The translations under genes were made by a program, and so were the position numbers. 64,000 bases of DNA from Chloroflexota bacterium. GTDB taxonomy: Bacteria > Chloroflexota > Dormibacteria > DASZGP01. The notes below the pieces were generated by a model that searched no databases, was not told where the DNA came from, and saw only the letters and a program-made list of their open reading frames with translations. Positions 9,565 through 18,303 of this stretch are shown in pieces; positions within the stretch are counted from its first letter, which is position 1, and each line of letters starts with the position of its first letter. Location of the stretch: the NCBI GenBank assembly GCA_034666405.1, contig JAXDLW010000040.1:6285-70284 (forward strand), in the 5' to 3' direction.

Positions 9565-10401
9565 ATGGCGGTCCTGGAACCCATAGCTGAAGCCCCGGCA
9601 GTCGAGGTGGTGAACCTCAGCAAGACCTTTCGCCGCGCCGAGAAAGGCGCCCATTGGTGGACGCGCGCCTCGAGCCAGAAATACGCGCTCGAGGACGTGA
9701 GCCTGGTGATCGCGCGCAACCAGGTCACGGGCATCATCGGGGCCAATGGCAGCGGCAAGTCGACGCTGATCCGGGTCCTGTCGACGCTGCTTCTGCCCGA
9801 CCGCGGCACGGCCCGGGTCTTCGGCCACGACGTGGTGAGCCAGACGGCGGTCGTTCAGCGGCTGATCAACCGCGTCTCCGTCGAGGCCTCCTTCTTCAAG
9901 GAGATGAGCCCGTGGGAGAACCTCTCGTACGCCGGCCGGCTCTACGGGACGGAGGGCAGCGGCCGACGGATGCGGGCGAGCGACGTGCTGGAGCGCCTCG
10001 GGCTGCCGCTCGACACCATGGACCGCCCGATGAAGCACCTGTCCCGCGGTCAGCAGCAGAAGGTGGCGATCGCCCGGTCACTGCTCACCTCACCGACGCT
10101 TCTGTTGATGGACGAGCCGACGACCGGGCTGGACCCGCGGTCGAAGCGCGAGGTCCAGGCGCTGGTCGCAATGGTCCACGCGGAGGGCGACGCGACGGTG
10201 CTGATCTGCACCCACGACCTGCAGGAGGCCGAGGCCCTGTGCGAGCGGGTCGTGATCATGGATGGCGGCAGGGTTCTCGCCGACGGCACCCCCGCGGAAC
10301 TGCGCGCCGCGCACGGGCCTGATGCGACGCTCGAGGACGTCTTCATGAAGGTCTCGGGCAAGGAACTCCTGACGCTGGAAGACGAGGAGGGAGCGGCATG
10401 A
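9565..10401 (+). CDS. ABC transporter ATP-binding protein (ABC-2 exporter type)
   Basis: 278 aa. Walker A GANGSGKST, signature LSRGQQQKVAIAR, Walker B LLLMDEPTTGLD, H-loop CTHDL. Confidence 0.9.
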   Translation: MAVLEPIAEAPAVEVVNLSKTFRRAEKGAHWWTRASSQKYALEDVSLVIARNQVTGIIGANGSGKSTLIRVLSTLLLPDRGTARVFGHDVVSQTAVVQRLINRVSVEASFFKEMSPWENLSYAGRLYGTEGSGRRMRASDVLERLGLPLDTMDRPMKHLSRGQQQKVAIARSLLTSPTLLLMDEPTTGLDPRSKREVQALVAMVHAEGDATVLICTHDLQEAEALCERVVIMDGGRVLADGTPAELRAAHGPDATLEDVFMKVSGKELLTLEDEEGAA

Positions 10402-11234
10402 GCGTGAGAGCCGCACGTCTTGAGGCCAGCGCGTTCGGTGGGTTCTTCGAGCGCCAGGCCAACCTCTACAAGAGGTACTGGCTCTGGGAGGTTGCCTGGT
10501 TCGCCTATGGCCTGGTGTCGGTCCTGAGCATCGGGTACCTGGCCTCCGGCCTGGGCGCACTCGGCTATGACTCGTCGCACGTCGACCTGCGCCAGACGCA
10601 GCTTTACCTGTTGGTCGGTTCGCTGCTCTGGGGCTACATGTCGTTCGTGTTCTTCGAGGTCGCCTTCGCCATCGCGTGGGAGCGCTGGGAGGGCACGATC
10701 GAATACACGTTCATGGCGCCGGTTCACCGTGTCACCCACCTCATGGGGGTGTGCTGTTTCGCCGTGGTCTACGGTCTGTTCCGCACGGCCCTGGTGACGC
10801 TCGCGGTGGTGTTCCTCTTCCACCTGGACCTGTCGCACGCCGACCTGCTCAGCGCCGCGGCGGTGCTGGCCATCTCGACCATCCCCCTGATCGGGCTGGG
10901 CATCTTCACCTCGATGCTGCCCATGCTGTCGCCCGAGAAGGGAGAGCAGCTGGCAATCGCGGTGCAGGGGATGCTGCTCCTGGTCTCCGGCGTCTACTAC
11001 CCGGTGAGCGTCCTGCCCGTTTACTTCCGGGTCGCCGGCGACCTGTCGCCGCTGACCTACACGCTGTCGGGGATCCGCGAGGCGATGCTGCACCACCGGC
11101 CTGTCGGCGAACTGCTGCCCACCCTTGGCATCCTCGCGCTGATGGGTGCGGTCCTGATCCCCAGCGGTCTCTGGTGCTTCGCCCGCGCCGAGCAGCGGGC
11201 CAAGCGGCTCGGCCTGCTCAAGCGAAGTGGCTGA
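10398..11234 (+). CDS. ABC-2 family transporter permease
   Basis: 278 aa, 6 predicted TM helices. ATGA overlap with the ATPase gene. Typical ABC-2 permease length and topology. Confidence 0.8.
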   Translation: MSVRAARLEASAFGGFFERQANLYKRYWLWEVAWFAYGLVSVLSIGYLASGLGALGYDSSHVDLRQTQLYLLVGSLLWGYMSFVFFEVAFAIAWERWEGTIEYTFMAPVHRVTHLMGVCCFAVVYGLFRTALVTLAVVFLFHLDLSHADLLSAAAVLAISTIPLIGLGIFTSMLPMLSPEKGEQLAIAVQGMLLLVSGVYYPVSVLPVYFRVAGDLSPLTYTLSGIREAMLHHRPVGELLPTLGILALMGAVLIPSGLWCFARAEQRAKRLGLLKRSG

Positions 11235-11268
11235 GCCGCGCCCCCGGTTCGGGTCGTAACATCAGGCG

Positions 11269-11745
11269 GTGAGCGAACAGGGCGTTGGGCCGGGCGGTGT
11301 GACCCGCCTCACCCCCTTTGTGCGGAACAACTACCCGTTCCTGGTCGTGCTTGCCCTGCTGATCTTCCTGCCCGGCGTGATCACCTACTTCGGGCCCTCG
11401 TTCGTCGGCGGGGTCGGCGAGTTCCAGTGGCTCGGCATCGCCTGGGGCATCGCGCTCTTCCTGGCGATCATCGCCGACGAGAACTTCGTGCCTGGTGAGC
11501 GGAACCTGAGCTCCGGCTTCCGCCGCCCCGGCCACATATCCCACAGCCTGGTGAGCAACCCCATGTTCATCGCGGGCCTGCTCCTGCTCGTCCTCGGTCC
11601 GCCGCCGATAACGTTCTACGGCCCGCTGGTGTTCCTCGACAGCCCGGACTGGGCCTGGCTGCTGCTCGGCTGGGTGGTGGCGGCGGCGGCCGCGTTCCTG
11701 GCCTACCGCGCGATCAAGAGCGAGGAGGACCGCCTGGCCGCCTGA
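11269..11745 (+). CDS. hypothetical integral membrane protein
   Basis: 158-aa ORF with a GTG start and 4 hydrophobic segments. Follows the ABC-2 genes on the same strand. Confidence 0.5.
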   Translation: MSEQGVGPGGVTRLTPFVRNNYPFLVVLALLIFLPGVITYFGPSFVGGVGEFQWLGIAWGIALFLAIIADENFVPGERNLSSGFRRPGHISHSLVSNPMFIAGLLLLVLGPPPITFYGPLVFLDSPDWAWLLLGWVVAAAAAFLAYRAIKSEEDRLAA

Positions 11746-11747
11746 CC

Positions 11748-12041
11748 TCAGTCGGGGTCGGGCACGTCGTGGATCTCGAGCCTGGTACGCGTCGTTGTCA
11801 TACCGCCTATCGCGCGAGAGAACGCCACGGCCTCGGGCACGGCGAAGTGAGCCTCGAGGGCCGCGCGGTCTGCCCAGCGCTCCATGAACAAGACCCGGTT
11901 GGCGTCCTGGACGTCCTGGTACACGTCATGTGAGATGCAGCCCGGCTCGGCCCGGGACCGGAGCACATGCTCGACGCTCATCCGCAGGGCCTCCTCGAGC
12001 TGGTCCGGACGGAGGTCCAGCGCGGCGGTCACCATCACCAC
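11748..12041 (-). CDS. antibiotic-biosynthesis-monooxygenase (ABM) family protein / putative quinol monooxygenase
   Basis: 97 aa. ABM-like pattern (V..V.A.L...P...E......HV..S..EPGC..........VL.ERW.......HF....F). Confidence 0.65.
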   Translation of the reverse strand: MVMVTAALDLRPDQLEEALRMSVEHVLRSRAEPGCISHDVYQDVQDANRVLFMERWADRAALEAHFAVPEAVAFSRAIGGMTTTRTRLEIHDVPDPD

Positions 12042-12065
12042 GCCGGCATCACCGCGCGCGCAACA

Positions 12066-12194
12066 TCAGGTCGCGGACTTGCTCGAAGGTGGGGGAGGGG
12101 GAGTGAACCGCTCGCGGGGCGCGGCGTCCTTCGCCACGACGGGCTTCTTGGCCTTCTTCTTCTTGACTTCCTTGGGTCGGTCCTTGCTGCCCAT
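12066..12194 (-). CDS. small Lys-rich protein (42 aa, MGSKDRPKEVKKKKAKKPVVAKDAAPRERFTPPPPPSSKSAT)
   Basis: Minus-strand ORF with a GAGGTGA SD 4 nt upstream of the ATG. It ends 24 nt before the ABM gene start. Not in the ORF track (<60 aa). Confidence 0.3.
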   Translation of the reverse strand: MGSKDRPKEVKKKKAKKPVVAKDAAPRERFTPPPPPSSKSAT

Positions 12195-12324
12195 GCTGTC
12201 ACCTCAACCTGAATGGATACGCCGAGGATATTGGACCATCCTGCGCGGGTCAGGAAGAGGGCGCTCGCAGTAGACTGCGCCGGAGCCGAGTTTTCAGGTG
12301 CTGCGCACCGAGGGGAGCCGCAAC

Positions 12325-12738
12325 ATGGCCGACGTGAAAGGCAACGGGACCAAGGATTCGCCCTGGGAGCTGAAGACTCCCCCGGGAACGGGCGATTACC
12401 AGATGTACAGGGACGAGGCGGCCGACCCGCCGGTGATCGTGTGCCAGGTCGGCTCGACCCAGCTGAAGTACCACATGCGGGCCATCGAGGACCTCCACTC
12501 GATGCTCAAGAAGCACGGCGACTGGATGCCGCTGGGCAGCGCCGACGAGCAGAAACCCGCCGCCGAAGGCACGGTCGAGGCCTGGGCCCGCGCCGCCGAC
12601 AACCCCGTCGCGGGGTGGTACGGGACGCGCAAGGGCTACCGCGGCCGATTCGGGATGTACATGCCTCCGCTGATGGAGGCCCTGGGCCTGGCCGAGGTCG
12701 AGCACAACCCCCGCAACAACCGGATGCGGGCGATCTAG
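12325..12738 (+). CDS. conserved hypothetical protein
   Basis: ATG at 12325 with a GAGGGGAG SD 6 nt upstream gives 137 aa (MADVKGNGTKDSPWELKTPPG...). No identifiable catalytic motifs. Confidence 0.55.
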   Translation: MADVKGNGTKDSPWELKTPPGTGDYQMYRDEAADPPVIVCQVGSTQLKYHMRAIEDLHSMLKKHGDWMPLGSADEQKPAAEGTVEAWARAADNPVAGWYGTRKGYRGRFGMYMPPLMEALGLAEVEHNPRNNRMRAI

Positions 12739-12750
12739 CGGACTGCCGGC

Positions 12751-14022
12751 CTAGGCGTATTCCTTCATCAGCTGCTCGAAGGCGTCCTTGGTGGGCCGGA
12801 GGTCGCCCTCGACGTAGTCGCGCAGCGGCTTCTTGGGGATGTTCTCCAGCGTCGCCAGGTCCTTGGCGTCGGTCTTGAGGTACAGCAGCCCGGTGAGGAC
12901 CTCGCCCTTGGCGCGGGCCTCGTGGATCACGCGCAGGGCGCCGATCCGGTCGCTGGGGTCGTGCTCGTCCTCGCCCAGCTTGCGCAGGTGGAGGTGGGAG
13001 CCGTCGTGCAGGACCACGTCGGTTGACGTCCCCGCCTCGTAATCCGCCTCGATGTTCTCGAAATAAGGGATGAAGTCGAGCTCCTGGATCGCCACGTCGT
13101 GCTGCTTGACGTACTTGTAGCTCTTGGTCGAGCCCTCGTGGTCGTTGAAGGTGACGCAGGGGCTGACGATGTCCAGGATGGCGGTGCCACCGTGGCCCAG
13201 GGCCGCCTTGATCAGCGGCACCAGCTGCTTGCCGTCACCCGAGAAGCTGCGGGCCACGAACGACGCCCCCAGCTCCACGGCGAGGCCGCAGATGTCGATG
13301 GTCTCGAACTCGTTGGGCTTGCCGCCCTTCTGCACCGAGCCCATGTCGGCCGTCGCCGAGAACTGGCCCTTGGTCAGGCCGTAGACCCCGTTGTTCTCGC
13401 AGATGTAGACCATGTTCACGTTGCGCCGCACCATGTGGCAGAACTGGCCGAGGCCGATCGACGCGGTGTCCCCGTCGCCGCTGATGCCCATCGCGATGAG
13501 GTCACGGTTGGCCATCTTGGCCCCCGTCGCGACGGACGGCATCCGGCCATGGACGCTGTTGAAGCCGTGCGACTGGCTCACGAAATAGGCCGGGGCCTTG
13601 GATGAACAGCCGATGCCGGACATCTTGGCCAGCCGGTAGGGCTCGACGCCGTACTCGTAGAGGGCCTTGATGATGTGGTTGGTGATGGCGTTGTGTCCGC
13701 ACCCGGCGCACAGCGTGGTCTGCGCGCCCTTGTAGGACTCGCGCAACAGGCCGACGTGGTTGTGCCCGTTGGTCCCGACCGGCTGTGCCTTCGGCCCGGC
13801 CCCGGCCGGGGCTCCCGCCGCCTGCGAGCCGTTGATCGTCTCGTCGTTGTCCTGCTCGGTGCCGCTGGTCGAGCCGCGGCCGGCCGACTCGGACCGACGC
13901 CGCCCCTCGTTGAGCGGCTTCTGGCGGTATTCGATCTGGCTGGCGTCGACGCGCGGCGTGCTGTCGTGGCCCTCGTCTTCGCGCTCCGGCTTGCCGTTCT
14001 TGCTGTCTGGTCGCTTGCTCAT
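12751..14022 (-). CDS. korB: 2-oxoacid:ferredoxin oxidoreductase beta subunit (TPP-binding) with a roughly 90-aa charged N-terminal extension
   Basis: 423 aa. CAGCGHN..., GIGCSS and GDGD TPP-binding motifs typical of the OFOR beta subunit. The N-terminal third is low-complexity (K/E/D/S/G-rich). Confidence 0.88.
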   Translation of the reverse strand: MSKRPDSKNGKPEREDEGHDSTPRVDASQIEYRQKPLNEGRRRSESAGRGSTSGTEQDNDETINGSQAAGAPAGAGPKAQPVGTNGHNHVGLLRESYKGAQTTLCAGCGHNAITNHIIKALYEYGVEPYRLAKMSGIGCSSKAPAYFVSQSHGFNSVHGRMPSVATGAKMANRDLIAMGISGDGDTASIGLGQFCHMVRRNVNMVYICENNGVYGLTKGQFSATADMGSVQKGGKPNEFETIDICGLAVELGASFVARSFSGDGKQLVPLIKAALGHGGTAILDIVSPCVTFNDHEGSTKSYKYVKQHDVAIQELDFIPYFENIEADYEAGTSTDVVLHDGSHLHLRKLGEDEHDPSDRIGALRVIHEARAKGEVLTGLLYLKTDAKDLATLENIPKKPLRDYVEGDLRPTKDAFEQLMKEYA

Positions 14023-15980
14023 GCGTTGGCCGCCTCCACTGGCAGGGCGTAAACCTGGCGGGCTCGCTCGAACTCCGATGGCGAGGCGATGCCCTCTTCG
14101 ATCAGGATCGGGGCGACGATCGCCCTGGCGGGGATCGGGGTCCCGTCGTAATGGCGCACCGACAGCAGGTTGTCCTGCGTCGGGTTGAGGGTCAGGCGCA
14201 GCAGGTCGTACATCTGCCCATCACGGTTCTGGTCGACAACGTAGACCCGGTCGTGCTTGACGATGAACTTCATGACCTCCTGGGGGTGGGGGATGGCCCG
14301 CACCCTGCAGTAGTCGGTCTTCAGCCCGCGCTCCTCGAGTTGCTTGCGGGCCTCGACCACCGCGTGGTGGGTCGTGCCGTAGGCGATGATGCCGACGGAG
14401 TTCCCCTTGTCCTCGATGATCGGCTTGGGAACGAACCTGCGGGCTGACTTGTACTTCTTCTTCAGCCGGTCCATCACCCGCTCGTAGACCTCGGGGAGCT
14501 CGGTGTAGTTCGCGTATTCGTCATGGCCGGAGCCGCGGGTGAAGTACCCGGCGCTGGGATGGTTGGTTCCCGGGAGGGTGCGCCACGGGATCCCGTCGTC
14601 GTCGACGTCCTTGTAGCGGCCCCACTCGCCGATGCGCTCCAGGTCCTTGGCACTCAGCACCTTGCCGCGGTCGAACTTCTTCTCCGGGTACTTGAACTTC
14701 TCGGACATCCAGAGGTTCATGCCGAGGTCGAGGTCGCTCAGGACGAAGACCACGGTCTGCAGGCGGTCGGCGAGGTCGAAGGCCATCTGCCCCATCTCGT
14801 AGCATTCCTCGACCGTGCCCGGGATCAGCACGATGTGCTTGGTGTCCCCGTGGGAGAGCAGGTGGGCGAACTCGATGTCGCCCTGCGACGTCCGCGTGGG
14901 CAGGCCGGTGGAAGGACCGATGCGCTGGATGTCCATGACCACCATGGGCACCTCGGCGTAGTACGCCAGCCCGGCGAACTCGGCCATCAGCGACAGGCCC
15001 GGCCCAGAGGTGGCGGTCATCGACCGCGCGCCCGCCCAGCCGGCGCCGATAACCATGCCGGCGGCGGCCAGCTCGTCCTCGGCCTGGATGATGGCGATCT
15101 TCTTCTCGCCGGTCTTGGGGTCGATCCGGAACTTGTTGGCGTACTGGTCGAGGTATTCGCACACGCTCGACGACGGGGTGATGGGGTACCAGGCCGCGAC
15201 CGTGCAGCCGCCCATGATCGCCCCGAGCGCCAGCGACTGGTTGCCCTCGATGAGGATCTTGCCCTCGGTCCGACCGCGCATCGGCTGGACGGTATAGGCG
15301 TCGCGCTTCTGGTGGTTGGCCGCCATGAACTCGTGGCCGATGCGGATCATGTTCATATTCGACGGGATGACCTTGGGCTTCTTGGCGAATTGCTGGGCCA
15401 GCGACTTTTCGACGGTGTCCAAGGGAATCCCGATCAGCCAGGCCAGTGTCCCGACATAGATCATGTTGGTCAGGTACTTGCGCAGGTCGGGGTTGTCCAC
15501 GTGCTCCTGGCCCAGCTTGTGGAAGGGCACCGCGTAGTAGTGGACGTCGTCGCGCTTCATGTTCCCGGTCACCGGGTAGGTCGACTCGTGGACCACCGCG
15601 GCGCCGTTGTTCACGCCCTGGATGTCGCGCTGCCAGGTGGTCGGGTTGAGGGCCACAAGGACATCAACGTCGTCGGTGCGGCACTGGTAACCGTCAGGGC
15701 TGAGCCGGATCGAGAACCAGGTGGGGAGCCCTTCGATGTTCGAGGGGAAGACGTTCTTGGGGGACACCGGGATCCCCATCGAGAAGATGGTGCGGGCGAT
15801 GATGAGGTTGGAGCTCTGACTGCCGCTGCCGTTGATGGTGGCGGCCTGGAAAGTGAAGTCGTTGACGATGGGCTTGGACGATGCGGTGGCCTGATCTTCC
15901 TGCGCGAGCAACTTAAGTGGGGGACCCCTCTGAATACCGGCTGACCTTATGAGTCTAAAACTCCGGTATGTGCCGGCCAA
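14019..15980 (-). CDS. korA: 2-oxoacid:ferredoxin oxidoreductase alpha subunit
   Basis: 653 aa. Similarity to actinobacterial KorA (large fused alpha/gamma subunit). ATGA-type overlap with korB. Confidence 0.88.
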   Translation of the reverse strand: MAGTYRSFRLIRSAGIQRGPPLKLLAQEDQATASSKPIVNDFTFQAATINGSGSQSSNLIIARTIFSMGIPVSPKNVFPSNIEGLPTWFSIRLSPDGYQCRTDDVDVLVALNPTTWQRDIQGVNNGAAVVHESTYPVTGNMKRDDVHYYAVPFHKLGQEHVDNPDLRKYLTNMIYVGTLAWLIGIPLDTVEKSLAQQFAKKPKVIPSNMNMIRIGHEFMAANHQKRDAYTVQPMRGRTEGKILIEGNQSLALGAIMGGCTVAAWYPITPSSSVCEYLDQYANKFRIDPKTGEKKIAIIQAEDELAAAGMVIGAGWAGARSMTATSGPGLSLMAEFAGLAYYAEVPMVVMDIQRIGPSTGLPTRTSQGDIEFAHLLSHGDTKHIVLIPGTVEECYEMGQMAFDLADRLQTVVFVLSDLDLGMNLWMSEKFKYPEKKFDRGKVLSAKDLERIGEWGRYKDVDDDGIPWRTLPGTNHPSAGYFTRGSGHDEYANYTELPEVYERVMDRLKKKYKSARRFVPKPIIEDKGNSVGIIAYGTTHHAVVEARKQLEERGLKTDYCRVRAIPHPQEVMKFIVKHDRVYVVDQNRDGQMYDLLRLTLNPTQDNLLSVRHYDGTPIPARAIVAPILIEEGIASPSEFERARQVYALPVEAANA

Positions 15981-15995
15981 AGGGGGCGCCCCGGC

Positions 15996-18260
15996 CTAAC
16001 CCCCTCCGGGGACCGCGGCAGCGGCCTCGAGTTGGGCGGCGGTGGGCGGTGGCTGGGTCAGGAGCTTCATCTTTCCCTTGCGCACCGCGCTCTTGAGGGC
16101 ATCCACGACGTCGGGGTCGAACTGCCGCCCCTGGTGCTTGGTCAGCTCGTCCAGCGCCCGTTCCACGGACCCCGCGGTGCGGTAGGTGCGGGTCGAGGTC
16201 ATGGCGTCGAAGGCGTCACTGACCATGATGATCCGCGAGGCGACGGGGATCTCCTTGCCCATGATCCCCTTGGGGTAGCCGCCGCCGCCGAAGTTCTCGT
16301 GGTGGTGGAGGATGATCGGCCCGACGTCCTTCAGGAAGTCGACGCCCTGGACCATCTCGAACCCGATGGTCGAGTGGCTCTTGATCACCTCGTACTCCTC
16401 CGCGGTCAGCTTGCCCGGCTTGCGCAGCAGCGTGTCCGAGATGCCGATCTTGCCCACGTCGTGGAGCAGGGCGCCGAGGTGCAGGGACTCGAGGTCGACG
16501 GGCTCGTCCTCCAGCTCCGAAGCGATGATCTTGGCGTAGTCCGCCACCCGGTGGGAGTGGCCGTGGGTGTAGGTGTCGCGGGCATCGATCGCCGCCGCCA
16601 GGGCCTCGATGGTGGCCTTGTTGGCGTTCTGGACCAACAGGTGGACCTTCTCCGGGTTCTTGGCCAGGGCGCTGACCCCGCTCTCCATGCCGTAGCCCAC
16701 GACCTGGTTGCGGCCGAGGTTCTTCGCCAGGTACATGGCCTGGTCGGCGCAGCGCATCAGTTCGTCCTGGCCGGTGCAGTCGTCGGGGTAGGTCGCGACC
16801 CCGCAGGACACCGTCACCTTGCGGCCGGGGATGCTGCCGAGCCTGGGGATCGAGAGACGGTCGGCCGACCGGCGGATCTTCTCGGCGACCATCATCGCGC
16901 CCTCTTTGTCGGTATCCGGGAGCAGGACCACGAATTCCTCCCCGCCGAACCTGACCGGCAGGTCGATCGACCGCACCTGGTCGCGGAGCACCTTGGCGAA
17001 GCCCTTGAGGATCTCGTCACCCTTCTGGTGCCCGTACTCGTCGTTGATCTTCTTGAAGTGGTCGAGGTCGCAGTTGATCAGCGACAGCGGCCGGTGGTTG
17101 CGCTGGCTGCGGATCATCTCGCGCTCGAGGATGTCGGAGAAGTAGCGCCGGTTGGGCAGACCGGTGAGCGAGTCCGTGAGTGACTGGCGCTCCGTGCGCT
17201 CGAACATCCGGGCGACGAAGTAGATGACCGCGAGGATGACGATGGCGGCGATGGTCGTGTAGAGCGCGGTGTTCCGGGTGGCCTGGTCCACCGGGGTGAG
17301 GAAGGCGGACTCCGGCTGCGCGACCAGGATCCGCCAGCCTGACCGGACGCCGGTCAATGGCGCGTAGCCGAAGACCTCCTGCTGGCCGTCCGGCGAGAAG
17401 TAGGTGGTGGTGTTGCCCGCCCCCTGGCCGCCGGTGACCTGGTCACTGAGGTCGGTGGCGCCGAGGTCCGCCACGCCGGCGCTGCCGAAGTTGCCGCTGT
17501 TCTTGAGGGCCAGCTGGTCCGTGGGGTTGAGCGGTGCCAGGCTGTGGTAGAGGATCTTCTGCGGCCCGCTGGTGCCGATCACGATCCCGTGCTGGTCGAG
17601 CAGCATCGCGTAGCGCTGCTGGCCCAGGAGGGTGGGGTCGAAGAAGCCGACGATCTTCTCGGGGCTCGCCTGCAGGACCGCGACGCCGGCAATGGTGCCG
17701 ACCCCATCCCGCACCGGCGCCGCCACGTAGATCGCCGGCACCGGCGCTGACTTCCCGATGTAGAGGTCGGAGACCGCGGTGCTCCCGCCGGCCGCCTGCT
17801 TGAACCACTGGGCCGCCGCGAACGCCTGGCTGCCGTTGAGCGCCGCGTCAGTGCTCTGCGTCACCATGCCCGACCTGTCCATCACGAAGGCGACCCGCAG
17901 GCTGGCATCGACGTGCTGCACCCGGCCCAACGCGACCTGGGTGTCGGCGGCATTGCCGGCGGGGTCGCCGGTCGCGATCCGGACCACCCCGGGGTCGCTC
18001 GCCAGCAGGCTGGCATCCTGGGTCCAGGTCGCCAGCTGGTCCTTGGTCTGGGCGGCCAGCGACGTGGCCCGGCTGGTCAGGTTCTCGAGCTGCTGGCGGC
18101 GGAGGATGTCGGAGTTCGCGCGCAGGGTCAGCGCCAGCATCCCGTACAGCGGGAGCAGGGTGGCGACGATGAAGAACAGCATCACCCGGGTCGAGAGGCG
18201 TGCCTCTTTGACCCACTGTCCGAGCGAGATCTGTCTGAGGTTGAACACGGCCGCGGTCAA
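15996..18260 (-). CDS. membrane sensor: double-Cache periplasmic domain, GGDEF diguanylate cyclase and HD-GYP phosphodiesterase
   Basis: 754 aa. TM1, then a roughly 270-aa extracytoplasmic region, then TM2. GGDEF domain with an intact RFGGEEF motif. C-terminal HD-GYP (HD...HHHENFGGGGYP). Stop is 15 nt upstream of the korA start on the same strand. Confidence 0.85.
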   Translation of the reverse strand: MTAAVFNLRQISLGQWVKEARLSTRVMLFFIVATLLPLYGMLALTLRANSDILRRQQLENLTSRATSLAAQTKDQLATWTQDASLLASDPGVVRIATGDPAGNAADTQVALGRVQHVDASLRVAFVMDRSGMVTQSTDAALNGSQAFAAAQWFKQAAGGSTAVSDLYIGKSAPVPAIYVAAPVRDGVGTIAGVAVLQASPEKIVGFFDPTLLGQQRYAMLLDQHGIVIGTSGPQKILYHSLAPLNPTDQLALKNSGNFGSAGVADLGATDLSDQVTGGQGAGNTTTYFSPDGQQEVFGYAPLTGVRSGWRILVAQPESAFLTPVDQATRNTALYTTIAAIVILAVIYFVARMFERTERQSLTDSLTGLPNRRYFSDILEREMIRSQRNHRPLSLINCDLDHFKKINDEYGHQKGDEILKGFAKVLRDQVRSIDLPVRFGGEEFVVLLPDTDKEGAMMVAEKIRRSADRLSIPRLGSIPGRKVTVSCGVATYPDDCTGQDELMRCADQAMYLAKNLGRNQVVGYGMESGVSALAKNPEKVHLLVQNANKATIEALAAAIDARDTYTHGHSHRVADYAKIIASELEDEPVDLESLHLGALLHDVGKIGISDTLLRKPGKLTAEEYEVIKSHSTIGFEMVQGVDFLKDVGPIILHHHENFGGGGYPKGIMGKEIPVASRIIMVSDAFDAMTSTRTYRTAGSVERALDELTKHQGRQFDPDVVDALKSAVRKGKMKLLTQPPPTAAQLEAAAAVPGGG

Positions 18261-18303
18261 TTGTGAGGGAGCCGTCCCCCAGCCGATTAGAATCAGTCAG
18301 GCA

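Noticed and set aside
9654-10322. 222-aa alternative-frame ORF inside the ABC ATPase gene
   Set aside because: The in-frame ATPase reading has complete Walker A, signature and Walker B motifs. The alternative frame is an Arg/Pro-rich artefact.
17779-18303. N-terminal 175-codon extension of the aminotransferase ORF
   Set aside because: It overlaps the sensor gene in antisense. The aminotransferase homology begins at the internal ATG at 18304.
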